Positions 27,828-40,800 of a stretch of 64,000 bases of DNA are shown here, piece after piece; the first letter of the stretch is position 1, and every line of letters begins with the position of its first letter. Position numbers and translations under genes: made by a program. The stretch comes from Eledone cirrhosa (taxonomy: Eukaryota). Location of the stretch: assembly GCA_964016885.1 (NCBI GenBank), contig OZ024742.1, positions 335,978,001-336,042,000 on the forward strand. The letters run 5' to 3'. Below the pieces are notes generated by a model. It did no database searches, was not told where the DNA came from, and was given only the letters and a program-made list of their open reading frames with translations.

Positions 27828-28229
27828 TTATCAAATATCCAAAATTAAGGGCGTTACCTAAACGTCCTGGATTTTTTCATTGTGAGAGGTGGGGTGCTTT
27901 TCCGGCCAGTGAGCTTATGTTTCCATAAGGTTCGCAGGCCAAACGAGTTTGACACCCTTGTTTTATGACATCACATTATCCAACGTATTCTTCCTTTGTA
28001 AGACAGCTGGGCGGAATTTGGCTGAGATTGTGTTGCTATTTCTAGCAGCGCAAGCGACCAAGTTATTGATGTTATGGTATGCTCTTGTTGTTACTATTTC
28101 TGTTATTGTTGCAGTAGGCTGCTGTGTTATTGTTGTTGGTATAGTGGTAATGTGCTGCTGTTGTTTTTGTTGTTACTGTGACAGTGTATATTGTTAGAAC
28201 TCTTGTTGGGATTGTTTGGACGTAAGCGA

Positions 28230-29490
28230 CGGAATTGCTGAGCCGTTAGAACATCAGTCCTCATTCTCGCTTTCTCTACTCTGAGTATAAATCACACCGA
28301 GGTCAAGTATGCCTTTCATCCTTTCGCGCTCGATAAAAAAATGCCAGTCGAATACTGGGTTCGCTTCTTCCTCTATATCTCTTTCTCAGTTCCTCTCTGG
28401 AAGAAATTAGCTGTGTTCTGACCTGGAGTGAGGATACGTTTTAAAAAATGCCCAAGATACGCCGCCTGTCACTACGGTGCCCTGACCACTCTATCGGGAG
28501 TTACGGGTTCATACGATACGACGTATGGACGAAGCAAGGCCGAATGTGAAGTTCCCTTTGCTTGGAATGTTGGGCAAATATCAAGCCTTTAATGTCGACA
28601 GGAACTCTTTGTAAGCCTGTCGGGATGACTGTAATTTAAAGAGCCAACCTCGCCACACACTTTCACACTGAATCTTCCTGAGAATTACGCCATGGGTGCA
28701 CATGTCTGTGGAATGCTCTGCAACTTACACGTTAACTTCATGAGCAGGCTGTTCCGTTTGATAAAGCAACTGGAACACTCATCGTCAAAACCGACGGAAA
28801 TCCATTCCATTGCTGTAATTGTATTGTAGTGAAGTTTACTGTTGTTGAGTTTGTTGTTATTGTTGCTTTTGTTCTTTTTGGGGGGATTGTGTTGTGATGA
28901 AAAGTATTATCGATTGGCCTTATTGCTATTGTTGCTGCTGATATTGTTATTGATGTTGTTATTTAACCCCAGTTCATCCCTGATCCAAGAGTTCCTATGA
29001 ATAAAGGCATTCCAACCGCAACCATTTTGATCTTTTATTTATTTTTCAGACAACGTATCTGGGATCTCATTATCCAAATGTCCTTCGGTAGTATGAAATA
29101 TAAGCACAATTTAGCTGCTATTTCCAGCAGGTCGAGCTGAAGTTGTTTTTGTTGGTGTTGTTGCTGTTGCTGTCGTACTTGCAGTGATGTATTTGCAGTA
29201 TCATTTCCGACTGTCTTTTCTTTGAGTTCAAATCCCACCGAGGTCAAATTTACCTTTCATCCTTTCGAGGTCGTTAAAAAAAGTACCAGTCTAGCACTGG
29301 TATCGATCCTTCTTCTATGTCTCTTTCTCACTTCCGTTCTCCCACTCTCAATCCTTCTCTGGAAGAAATCTACTGTATTCAGACCTGGAAAGAGTATGGG
29401 CTCTACCCGGTTTATAAAATTCCCTAGAACCGCCGTATGTCATTACGGAATGCTTACAACATCCCCGGGAGTTACGGGAGCATACAAACA
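28230..29490 (+). mobile_element. Old SINEs: two copies with a shared long 3' extension (28230-28530, 29220-29490) and a third repeat (28540-28810, related copy 36170-36320)
   Basis: Shared CTCTGGAAGAAAT..GACCTGGA..GGGAGTTACGGG..CATAC; shared ATGTCTGTGGAATGC..CAACTGGAACA. Confidence 0.55.
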
Positions 29491-29564
29491 TACATTGCTG
29501 CTGTAGTCACTTGACTCTATCATTACTGCTGTAGATGGTATGACTCCATGTTGTTGCACACATA

Positions 29565-29648
29565 CACTACTAGTACTACTACTACTACTACTACTACTAC
29601 TGCTGCTTCTGCTGCTGCTGCTGCTACTACTACTACTACTACTACTAA

Positions 29649-29682
<34 letters not shown>

Positions 29683-29700
29683 ATGATGCTGCTGCTGCTG

Positions 29701-29753
<53 letters not shown>

Positions 29754-29769
29754 GCTGCTTCTGCTGCTG

Positions 29770-29806
<37 letters not shown>

Positions 29807-30260
29807 AGTACTGTCGTAACTGCTGTAGATGCTGTGATTTTCTGATGTTGCACACATCTAACTGCAGCTGTTACTGCTGCTGTTGCAGTCAGATGACTCT
29901 GTTTTACTGCTGCGATTTCTTGTTGTTGTATATATATACTGCTGCAGCTGCTGTTACTGCTGCTGTTGTTGTTGTAGCTGTTACTCCTGATGTGCTGCTA
30001 ATGCTACTGATGTTGCTGCTGCTGTTATTTGGCTTTGTCTTCACTGCAGATGCTATATCTTTCATGCTGCTACTGCTGCTGCAGCTGCTACTGCTGCTGC
30101 AGCTGCTACTGCTACTTCTGTTACTTCTGCTGTAGCTGCTACTTTTTGCTGCTGCTTCTGCTTCTTCTTCTTCTTCTTCTTCTTCTTCTGCTGTTGCTGC
30201 TGCTGCTGCTGCTGCTGCTGTTCCTGCTGCTACTGCTGCTAGTCTTATTGAAGTTGTTTA
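29565..30260. repeat. Mosaic trinucleotide repeats (CTA/CTG/CTT)
   Basis: Direct read. Confidence 0.9.
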
Positions 30261-30279
30261 TGTCTGGTGATGCTGGTGC

Positions 30280-32075
30280 TTACATTACTGTTGCTGTTGT
30301 TGATGCTGCTGTTACTAATGTTGATTTTGTTGCTGCTGCTGCTGCTGCTGCAACTACTGTTGTTACTGCTGCAGTCACTGCTGTCGTTGTTACTGCTGTT
30401 GTTGTTGTTGCTGTTACTGTTGCTGTTACTGCTGTCGTTGATGTTGCTGTTACTGCTGCAGTCACTGCTGTCGTTGTTACTGCTGTTGTTGTTGTTGCTG
30501 TTACTGTTGCTGTTACTGCTGTCGTTGATGTTGCTGTTACTGCTGCAGTCACTGCTGTCGTTGTTACTGCTGTCGTTGCTGTTACTGCTGTCGTTGCTGT
30601 TACTGCTGTCGTTGCTGTTGGTGTTACTGCTGTCGTTGCTGTTGCTGTAACTGCTGTCGTTGCTGTTACTGCTGTCGTTGCTGTTGCTGTTACTGCTGTA
30701 GTTGCTGTTGGTGTTACTGCTGTCGTTGCTGTTGCTGTAACTGATGTTGTTGCTTCTGTTGCTGTTACTGCTGTCGTTGCTGTTGGTGTTACTGCTGTCG
30801 TTGCTGTTGCTGTTACTGCTGTCGTTGCTGTTGCTGTTACTGCTGTCGTTGTTGTTGCTGTAACTGCTGTCGTTGCTGTTACTTTAACTGCTGTCGTTGC
30901 TGTTGCTGTAACTGCTGTCGTTGCTGTTACTGCTGTCGTTGCTGTTGCTGTTACTGCTGTAGTTGCTGTTGGTGTTACTGCTGTCGTTGCTGTTGCTGTT
31001 ACTGTTGTTGTTGCTTCTGTTGTCGTTGCTGTTGCTGTTACTGTTGTAGTTGCTGTTGCTGTTACTGCTGTCGTTGCTGTTGCTGTTACTGCTGTCGTTG
31101 CTGTTGCTGTTACTGCTGTCGTTGCTGTTGCTGTTACTGCTGTCGTTGCTGTTGCTGTAACTGCTGTCGTTGCTGTTGCTGTTACTGCTGTCGTTGCTGT
31201 TGCTGTTACTGCTGTCGTTTCTGTTGCTGTTACTGCTGTCGTTGCTGTTGCTGTTACTGCTGTCGTTGCTGTTGCTGTTACTGCTGTCGTTGCTGTTGCT
31301 GTTACTGCTGTCGTTGCTGTTGCTGTTACTGTAACTGCTGTCGTTATTGTTGCTGTTACTGCTGTCGTTGCTGTTGCTGTTACTGCTGTCGTTGCTGTTG
31401 CTGTTACTGCTGTCGTTGCTGTTGCTGTTACTGCTGTCGTTGCTGTTGCTGTTACTGCTGTTGTTGCTGTAACTGCTGCCGTTGCTGTTGCTGTTACTGC
31501 TGTCGTTGCTGTTGCTGTTACTGCTGTCGTTGCTGTTGCTGTTACTGCTGTCGTTGCTGTTGCTGTTACTGCTGTTGTTGCTGTAACTGCTGCCGTTGCT
31601 GTTGCTGTTACTGCTGTCGTTGCTGTTGCTGTTACTGCTGTCGTTGCTGTTGCTGTTACTGCTGTCGTTGCTGTTGCTGTAACTGCTGTCGTTGTTGTTG
31701 TTGCTGTAACTGCTGTCGTTGCTGTTGCTGTTACTGCTGTCGTTGCTGTTGCTGTTACTGCTGTCCTTGCTGTTGCTGTTACTGCTGTCCTTGCTGTTGC
31801 TGTTACTGCTGTCGTTGCTGTTGCTGTTACTGCTGTTGTTGCTGTAACTGCTGCCGTTGCTGTTACTGTTACTGCTGTCGTTGCTGTTGCTGTTACTGCT
31901 GTCGTTGCTGTTGCTGTTACTGCTGTCGTTGTTGTTGCTGTAACTGCTGTCGTTGCTGTTGCTGTTACTGCTGTCGTTGCTGTTGCTGTTACTGCTGTCG
32001 TTGCTGTTGCTGTAACTGCTGTTGTTGCTGTTGCTGTAACTGCTGTCGTTGCTTCTGTTGTTGCTGCTGCTGTTG
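30280..32075. repeat. Minisatellite, 24-bp unit ACTGCTGTCGTTGCTGTTGCTGTT with shorter variants
   Basis: Direct read. Confidence 0.9.
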
Positions 32076-32625
32076 TGGGTATATTGATATATCACCACCT
32101 CCACCACCTCCACGCCTACTACCACCAACACTATCATCACCTTTAACACCACTACAACTATCACCACAACCTCCATCAACACTAACACCACGACCACCAA
32201 CACTAACACCCCCACCACGCCACCACCTCCACCAACATTAACACCGCCACCGCCACCACCACCAACACTAACAACCCCCCCCCCCACCACCACCACCACC
32301 AACACTAACACCATCACCACCTTCATCGTCGAAGGGCCCTTGTACGTGGACGTTCGATTTACTAGGAATGGCAACCAAATTCTTCTCAACTCATACCTTG
32401 TGGTATTTGTTCCGGCTGTTTACGTTCTCGTTTCTAATCCCACCGAGAATAACTTTGTTTTACTTCCTTCTTGAGTCGATAAAATAAATTACCATCCACT
32501 CATCTTTCAATGTTCTGCTCTTGTGCCTATCTTAGAAACAATCAATACAATACTTGTGCCTATACCTATGTGAAGGGAATGGAGGAAGAGTAGAGAGAGA
32601 GGGGGGGATATTTGTTGGGAAGGGA

Positions 32626-32695
<70 letters not shown>

Positions 32696-33104
32696 GGAGG
32701 AAGAAGCGAAAACACATGAGTTAAATAATTGACGATTGAAAAAACTTATAATTAGAAAAACAAAAATGATAGTCTTCATCTTCCGCTAACCAACACCACC
32801 AGCAACCCCTGCATTGACCAATATTTCTACCGATAATATCCCCATTTGCATTTGCTTGCATTTGTCTATAAGTAGCATTTCCTCTTGTTTTTTGTCTTTT
32901 TTTTTTAATCGTCAGTTATTTAACGCATGCGCTTTTGTGCAATTAACTGTCGTCTGCTAGACTGGACCTTTTACAAAGAACTCAGTTTCTATTTAGATTA
33001 GCTTATTCAATGACTATTGACAAAGTATAGAGTGAAGCATTTAATAAGATAAGAATTTACTCGTTACAACCTCAAGGAAATTAACTTTTGTTACGGTAAT
33101 TAAT

Positions 33105-33580
33105 TGTTTCTATTTTGTGCACAAGGCCAGTAATTATCCCAGTGCATCACTGGTACTTTATTTTATCGACCCGGTAAGGATTAACGGCAAAGTTAACCTC
33201 GGCGGGATTTGAACTCAGACCGTAAAGGGGCGTAACTCTGTGATGCAAAGCATGGCCTCCGACACTCTACCGATACTGTCAATCCACCGCCCTACGGTAA
33301 TTAATACCAATAGGCAAGGGAGTCAAAAAAGAAAACTATCACTAAAACCATTGTATATAAATAACTATTAAATTAATGATATAAATTATAATAATTGTTT
33401 CTACTTTTAGCACAAGGCCAGCAATTATACCAGTACATTACTGGTACTTTATTTTATCGACCCCTTAAGGATGAAAGACAAAGTTAACCTCGACGGGATT
33501 TGAACTCAGACCGTTAAGGGACGTAACTATGCTAGAAAGCATGGCATCCAACCCTCTACCGATACTGCCAATTCACCGCA
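33105..33580 (-). mobile_element. Two SINE copies (33105-33292, 33392-33580)
   Basis: First has TSD TACGGTAATTAAT (33092-33104 / 33293-33305). Confidence 0.9.
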
Positions 33581-34189
33581 TAATGATAATTAATGATATA
33601 ATGATTTAAAGGGTACAATGATGAAGCCAATGCAAATATTGTTTCCAACAACCGCAGAATTTGCACGAGACCAGCTAATTATTATAATAAACTTACAATG
33701 AAAGTCAAAATAAGTTAAATGTACAATAAAAATACTTTACGTTATCTAATTACCTCAATTTATATTCTAATTGTGATTGAATTTGCATTTTTTACCTTCT
33801 GATATCCACTACAAGATTCTTCTATAATTCCTTGCGAAGTATTGGGCAACTTTCGTCATTTCTGAAGCAATTTTGATTAATGGATGTAATGCGGCAAAAA
33901 CTTATTCTCCACCCCGCCGCCCTACTGAAATTAAATATTAATCTATGATAAAAAGCAGCTAGAAAAAAAAATAAAACGAAGGCAACTAATCTTGTATTTT
34001 ATGTCCCAGTTAAGCTATATACATTCAAACCTCGGCGTCATAGCAACACAACACCAAAAATAAGATATCTACTAATCTATGATACAATAAAGCAAAGAGA
34101 AAAGAATCAAAGACAATTTATCTCATATCTTATGCCTCAGTTCAACATAACATAACACAACATCTAATCTAAAAAAAAGACTTCTATCT

Positions 34190-34470
34190 AAAGTCTGTCT
34201 TCAGCCTGATGGCTCGTTAGGCCATTGCTTATCCCCGTTTCGTGGCGTAAAGCAACTGAGAATACAAGACTCCCTCCTGGATAGGACGCCAGTCCACCGC
34301 AGGTTTAAACCCCCAGCTATTGCTGGTACTCATTTTCAGTTGAGTTTACTGGAGCAACGTGAAATGAAGTGTTTTGCTAAAAGAACACAACACACAATCC
34401 AGCCCAGGAATCGAACCTACGATATAATATCGTACGTCCAACTCCCTTACCACTAGGCTACGTGCCTCCA
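34190..34470 (-). mobile_element. Second tRNA-derived SINE family (Meta/V-like central domain)
   Basis: A box TAGCCTAGTGG, B box GGTTCGATTCC, CCTGCGGTGGACTGGCGTCCTATCCAGG. Confidence 0.7.
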
Positions 34471-34559
34471 CATAACATATATACACATCACATACATAAC
34501 ACAACATACACAAACTAATTATTAAATTCTCTATAATAAAAGGGCAAAAACCCGCTTGA

Positions 34560-34797
34560 TCAAAGTCGTCCCCTTTGTCATAGGAGCACTAAGTACTATT
34601 TCGAATTGTTTCCAAGACTGGTTAAAGAATATTAGCCCAGCCCCTTTGTTTTTGGAACACTCCAGAAGGCATGCCTACTGGGAACAACAAGGACCCTCCG
34701 ATATGTCCTGAATATCTGAGGCTGCAGGTGGCGGCTTGATGATCATTAAGGCAAATTTTCCCGTTAAATAACAATGACTGAGATATCAAAGTAATAA
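34560..34797 (+). mobile_element. 3' fragment of the R4/Dong-like element
   Basis: Aligns to 3652-3895 (IGAL..LQKACLLGT.RTLRYVLNI* plus UTR), ends in TAA repeats. Confidence 0.85.
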
Positions 34798-35490
34798 TAA
34801 TTGTCTCTACTTTTGGCACAAGGCCAGCAATTACCCCAGTGCATTACTGGTGCTTTATTTTATCGACCCCGTAGGGATGAAAGGCAAAATTAACCTCGGC
34901 GGGATTTGAACTCAGACCGTAAAAGGGCGTAACTCTATGCTACAAAGCATGGCGTTCGACTCGTCACCGATACTGCCAATCCACCGTCCTATCAAAGTAA
35001 TAAGTGTTTCTACTTTTTGGCACAAGGCCAGCAATTACCCAGTGCATTACTGGTACTTTATTTTATCGAACCCGTAAGGATGAAAGGCAAAGTTAACTCG
35101 GCGGGATTTGAACTCAGAATGGCAAGGGCCGTAACTCTATGCGTCAAAGCATGGCGTCCGAACCTCTACCGATACTGCCAATCCACGTAATAATAATTGT
35201 TTCTACTGTTGGCACAAGGCCAGCAATTATACAGTCCATTACTGGTACTTTATTTTATCGACCCCGTAAGGATGAAATTATTCCCCTATATGCAGGCCGT
35301 TGTGGCCAATAAAGAAATAATAATAATTATTATTATTTCTTCATTCAGCAAAGAGTTACGGCGCTTTTTGGTCTGAGTTCAAATACCGCCGATCGTTAAC
35401 TTTGCCTTTCATCCTTACGGGGTCGATAAAATAAAGTACCAGTAATGTACTGCGTAATTGCTGGCCTTGTGCAAAAAGTAGAAATAATTC
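34798..35490. mobile_element. SINE pile-up: minus copies 34798-34989, 35004-35187, 35193-35277; Tx1-like 3' tip 35285-35325 (+); plus copy 35348-35490
   Basis: TSDs TATCAAAGTAATAA (34784/34990) and TTATTTCTTCATTCA (35333/35491). Confidence 0.85.
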
Positions 35491-36609
35491 TTATTTCTTC
35501 ATTCAATAGGCTATTTTGCCCTTTTCCTTTGCTATGTAAATATTCAAATGTTAACGATATGCCTAACTGCAAGTTGAGAATTTAACTATTTCTTTTAACT
35601 GTGGCCAACAGTTTCGTTTTAGTGATGAAGGTAAATGAGCTGATGCTCGGCAGCCATCTTTAGAGCGTGGTCGGCAAGGATTCGGGACTCACCGACGTCA
35701 CTTTTTCCCCGATGAGAATCATGGATTACAATTGTTCAAAGACTCTGACCTCACCAATGAGGATGGGAAGAGACCATACCAGACTAAACCAAACCAGACC
35801 AGACCAGACTTCTCTATACTGAAAATATTAACATTTGGTTCACTTATCTGCTCTGCTGCCTATATTAGAATTACATACTGTATTAGTAACATGGTGGTAT
35901 TTTTTTTTTGGGGGGGGGGGGCTCAGCCTCTATCAAAGACATTCCAGTCGTCGGGATCATCTCATTTTATGATTTTATGCTATTCCTTTCTTTTCATGAA
36001 TGGTGAATATAGTATTTGTCCAGCGTGGACTCAGCATGGCCGAATGCTTAAGACGTTCGCTGCCCGAATATGCTGCACATCTTGAGCAAGTGCCATATAC
36101 CATAGCCTTGCAAGGGAAATAGACAGAAACTATTTGCAAGCTCGTCAGATGGGAAGTACTTGTAATACAAAGGACCAGGCTTGTCACATATTGTTCCCCA
36201 TTGAATCTCACTGACAATAACGTTAAGGGAACAGATGTCTGTGGAATGCCATGCTAATAAGTTGGCTGTTGTGTTGATTTAACAACTGGAACAATCATTG
36301 TCGTAATGTATGGAGGTCCATTGCACCTTATCCATCGTATCCTTTCTCTACATCCTCTAAGATTTGAAGAGGGATTAGCTGCTATTTCGAGCTGGTCAAC
36401 TGACCAACCCAAGGCTCGTACTAGTAGTAGAGTAGCAAGTGATAAGGTTGTAGTGGTGGTGGTAGTATCAGCAACAGGCATATAGTGATAGGACAGTGGT
36501 TGTAGTAGTAGTTGTGGTGGTGGTAACAGATGTACGAATTAAAGGTTCTAGCAACAGCTGTAGTGGTAGTGATAATGGTAGTAGTAGTGAAAGTATACGT
36601 AATGATATA

Positions 36610-36990
36610 TTTCTTTATTTCCCACAAGGGCGCACAAGAAAAGGGGATAAAACAAAGACACATGCCGAGGATTTTACATACAATCGTGTAAAAATATTGA
36701 AACAAACAAATTAAACAATCGAAATCCCCAATAGGGGGGAGGCGCCACAAATGGGTTGTTTTATACCCCGTCGATAGAACAACCCTCAACTTCAGGAGCG
36801 TGTTGTGCAAGTGCTCCCTTTCTCCTTTTGCTCTCTTCTTTAACCTACAGGTTTATATACATTCGGGCCATTTTTGCCACATTCACCCACCTTTCAGTAA
36901 ATGTACTGGGGTGCAGTGCCTCTCTCTCCACTCTGATTCTCCTTCTAAAGTGGTACCTAAAGAAGGGGTTGAGTTGTCCGGAGATAAAGG
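36610..36990 (-). mobile_element. 3' fragment of a related Tx1/L1 family
   Basis: FFRYHFRRRIRVEREALHPSTFTERW resembles FKFHLKRKIRVEKEVLSSQDFVERW (ORF 4210-4704); end CCCTTGTGGGAAATAAAGAAAT. Confidence 0.8.
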
Positions 36991-36994
36991 CATC

Positions 36995-37034
36995 TGCAGC
37001 AGTAGTAATAGTAGCAGTAGTAGCAGAAACAATT

Positions 37035-37080
<46 letters not shown>

Positions 37081-37195
37081 AACCAACAATAGTAGTAGTA
37101 TCAGTAGCAGTAGTAATAGTAGCAACAGCAGTAATAATAGTATTAGTAGCAGCAGCAGCAATATTAGTAGTAGTAGTAGTAGTAGTAGCACTAGC

Positions 37196-37254
<59 letters not shown>

Positions 37255-37255
37255 C

Positions 37256-37302
<47 letters not shown>

Positions 37303-37305
37303 CAC

Positions 37306-37377
<72 letters not shown>

Positions 37378-37384
37378 CACTAGC

Positions 37385-37442
<58 letters not shown>

Positions 37443-37469
37443 ATAGTAGTAGTGGTGGTGGTGGTGGTG

Positions 37470-37501
<32 letters not shown>

Positions 37502-37502
37502 G

Positions 37503-37533
<31 letters not shown>

Positions 37534-37850
37534 CAGCAGCAGCAGCAGCAGCAGCACTAGTAGTAGTAGTAGTAGTACTAATAGTAGTACTAGTAGTAGT
37601 AGCAGCAGCAGCAGCAGTAGTAGCATCAGCAGTGGAAGTAACAGTAACAGAAACAGCAAGAGCAGCAGCAGCATCAGCCGCAGCAGCATCAGCCGCATCA
37701 ACAGCAGCAGTAGTACTAGTAGTAGTAGTAGTAGTAGTAGAAGAAGCAGCAGAAGCAGAATCAGAAGCAGAAACAGTAGTAGTAATAGTAGTTACAGTAA
37801 TAGCAGCAGTAGTAGTAGTAGTAGTAGTTGCAGTAGTAGCAACAGCAAAA
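36995..37850. repeat. (AGT)n/(AGC)n/(GGT)n microsatellite field
   Basis: Direct read. Confidence 0.95.
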
Positions 37851-40800
37851 GCAGTATTACTATCAACAGTAGCAGTAGTAGTAGTTGCAGTAGTACAACA
37901 GCAGCAGTAGTATTACTATCAACAGTAGCAGTAGTAGTAGTTGCAGTACTACAACAGCAGCAGTAGTATTACTATCAACAGTAGCAGTAGTAGTAGTTGC
38001 AGTAGTACAACAGCAGCAGTAGTATTAGTATCAACAGTAGCAGTAGTAGTAGTTGCAGTAGTACAACAGCAGCACTAGTATTAGTATCAACAGTAGCAGT
38101 AGTAGTAGTTGCAGTACTACAACAGCAGCAGTAGTATTAGTATCAACAGTAGCAGTAGTAGTATTTGCAGTAGTACAACAGCAGCAGTAGTATTAGTATC
38201 AACAGTAGCAGTAGTAGTAGTTGCAGTAGTACAACAGCAGCAGTAGTATTAGTATCAATAGAAGCAGTTGTAGTAGTTGCAGTACTACAACAGCAGCAGT
38301 AGTATTACTATCAACAGTAGCAGTAGTAGTAGTTGCAGTAGTACAACAGCAGCAGTAGTATTAGTATCAACAGTAGCAGTTGTAGTAGTTGCAGTAGTAC
38401 AACAGAAGCAGTAGAATTAGTATCAATAGTAGCAGTTGTAGTAGTTGCAGTACTACAACAGCAGCAGTAGTATTACTATCAACAGTAGCAGTAGTAGTAG
38501 TTGCAGTAGTACAACAGCAGCAGTAGTATTAGTATCAATAGTAGCAGTTGTAGTAGTTGCAGTACTACAACAGCAGCAGTAGTATTACTATCAACAGTAG
38601 CAGTAGTAGTAGTTGCAGTAGTACAACAGCTGCAGTAGTATTAGTATCAACAGTAGCAGTAGTATTAGTATCAACAGTAGCAGTAGTAGTAGTTGCAGTA
38701 GTACACAGCAGCAGCAGTAGTAGTAGTTGCAGTAGTACAACAGCAGCACTAGTATTAGTATCAACAGTAGCAGTAGAAGTAGTTGCAGTAGTACAACAGC
38801 TGCAGTAGTATTAGTATCAACAGTAGCAGTAGTAGTAGTTGCAGTAGTACAACAGCAGCAATAGTATTACTATCAACAGTAGCAGTAGTAGTAGTTGCAG
38901 TAGTAACAACAGCAGCAGTAGTATTACTATCAACAGTAGCAGTAGTAGTAGTTGCAGTACTACAACAGCAGCAGTAGTATTACTATCAACAGTAGCAGTA
39001 GTAGTAGTTGCAGTAGTACAACAGCAGCAGTAGTATTAGTATCAACAGTAGCAGGTAGTAGTAGTTGCAGTAGTACAACAGCAGCACTAGTATTAGTATC
39101 AACAGTAGCAGTAGTAGTAGTTGCAGTACTACAACAGCAGCAGTAGTATTAGTATCAACAGTAGCAGTAGTAGTATTTGCAGTAGTACAACAGCAGCAGT
39201 AGTATTAGTATCAACAGTAGCAGTAGTAGTAGTTGCAGTAGTACAACAGCAGCAGTAGTATTAGTATCAATAGTAGCAGTTGTAGTAGTTGCAGTACTAC
39301 AACAGCAGCAGTAGTATTACTATCAACAGTAGCAGTAGTAGTAGTTGCAGTAGTACAACAGCAGCAGTAGTATTAGTATCAACAGTAGCAGTTGTAGTAG
39401 TTGCAGTAGTACAACAGAAGCAGTAGAATTAGTATCAATAGTAGCAGTTGTAGTAGTTGCAGTACTACAACAGCAGCAGTAGTATTACTATCAACAGTAG
39501 CAGTAGTAGTAGTTGCAGTAGTACAACAGCAGCAGTAGTATTAGTATCAATAGTAGCAGTTGTAGTAGTTGCAGTACTACAACAGCAGCAGTAGTATTAC
39601 TATCAACAGTAGCAGTAGTAGTAGTTGCAGTAGTACAACAGCTGCAGTAGTATTAGTATCAACAGTAGCAGTAGTATTAGTATCAACAGTAGCAGTAGTA
39701 GTAGTTGCAGTAGTACACAGCAGCAGCAGTAGTAGTAGTTGCAGTAGCAGCAACAGCAGCAGCACTAGTATTAGTATCAACAGTAGCAGTAGAAGTAGTT
39801 GCAGTAGTACAACAGCTGCAGTAGTATTAGTATCAACAGTAGCAGTAGTAGTAGTTGCAGTAGTACAACAGCAGCAATAGTATTACTATCAACAGTAGCA
39901 GTAGTAGTAGTTGCAGTAGTAACAACAGCAGCAGTAGTATTACTATCAACAGTAGCAGTAGTAGTAGTTGCAGTAGTACAACAGCAGCACTAGTATTAGT
40001 ATCAACAGTAGCAGTAGAAGTAGTTGCAGTAGTACAACAGCTGCAGTAGTATTAGTATCAACAGTAGCAGTACTAGTAGTTGCAGTAGTACAACAGCAGC
40101 AGTAGTATTTGTAGCAACAGTAGCAGTAGTAGTAGTTGCAGTAGTACAACAGCAGCAGTAGTATTAGTATCAACAGTAGCAGTAGTAGTAGTTGCAGTAG
40201 TAGCAACAGCTGCGGTAGTATTAGTATCAACAGTAGCAGTACTAGTAGTTGCAGTAGTTACAACAGCAGCAGTAGTATTACTATCAACAGTAGCAGTACT
40301 AGTAGTTGCAGTAGTACAACAGAAGCAGTAGAATTAGTATCAACAGTAGCAGTTGTAGTAGTTGCAGTAGTAGCAACAGCTGCGGTAGTATTAGTATCAA
40401 CAGTAGCAGTACTAGTAGTTGCAGTAGTTACAACAGCAGCAGTAGTATTACTATCAACAGTAGCAGTACTAGTAGTTGCAGTAGTACAACTGCAGCAGTA
40501 GAATTAGTATCAACAGTAGCAGTACTAGTAGTTGCAGTAGTACAACAGCAGCAGTAGTATTAGTATGAACAGTATCAGTAGTAGTAGTTACAATAGTACC
40601 AACAGCTGCAGTAGTATTAGTATCAAGAGTAGCAGAAGAAGTAGTTGCAGTAGTACAACAGCAACAGTAGTATTAGTATCAACAGCTGCAGTAGTATTAG
40701 TATCAACAGTAGCAGTAGTAGTAGTTTTAGTAGTAGCAACAGCAGTAGCAGTAGTATTAGTATCAACAGTAGCAGTAGTAGTAGTTGCAGTACTAGCAAC

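Larger units (their letters stand above)
23740..27960 (+). mobile_element. Decayed hAT DNA transposon (SPIN/GTF2IRD2-like transposase), split by an RTE; left end not located
   Basis: KDYNVQRHY, AAVRASY, LKGHTTG, NITTD (23750-24130); LQLELIDMKCD..KYPEL..AKIISMFG/SSYVYEQLFSRMNINK..EQVS (26440-26755); TIR-like GTTTGACACCCTTG ending 27960. Confidence 0.8.

Noticed and set aside
32325-32410. Possible small exon
   Set aside because: Resembles the GCTATTTCTAGCAG-type dispersed repeat also near 28035, 29117 and 36380.
35620-35790. GC-richer segment with minus-strand GTGAGT donor
   Set aside because: All three upstream frames hit stops within ~50 bp; no recognisable peptide.
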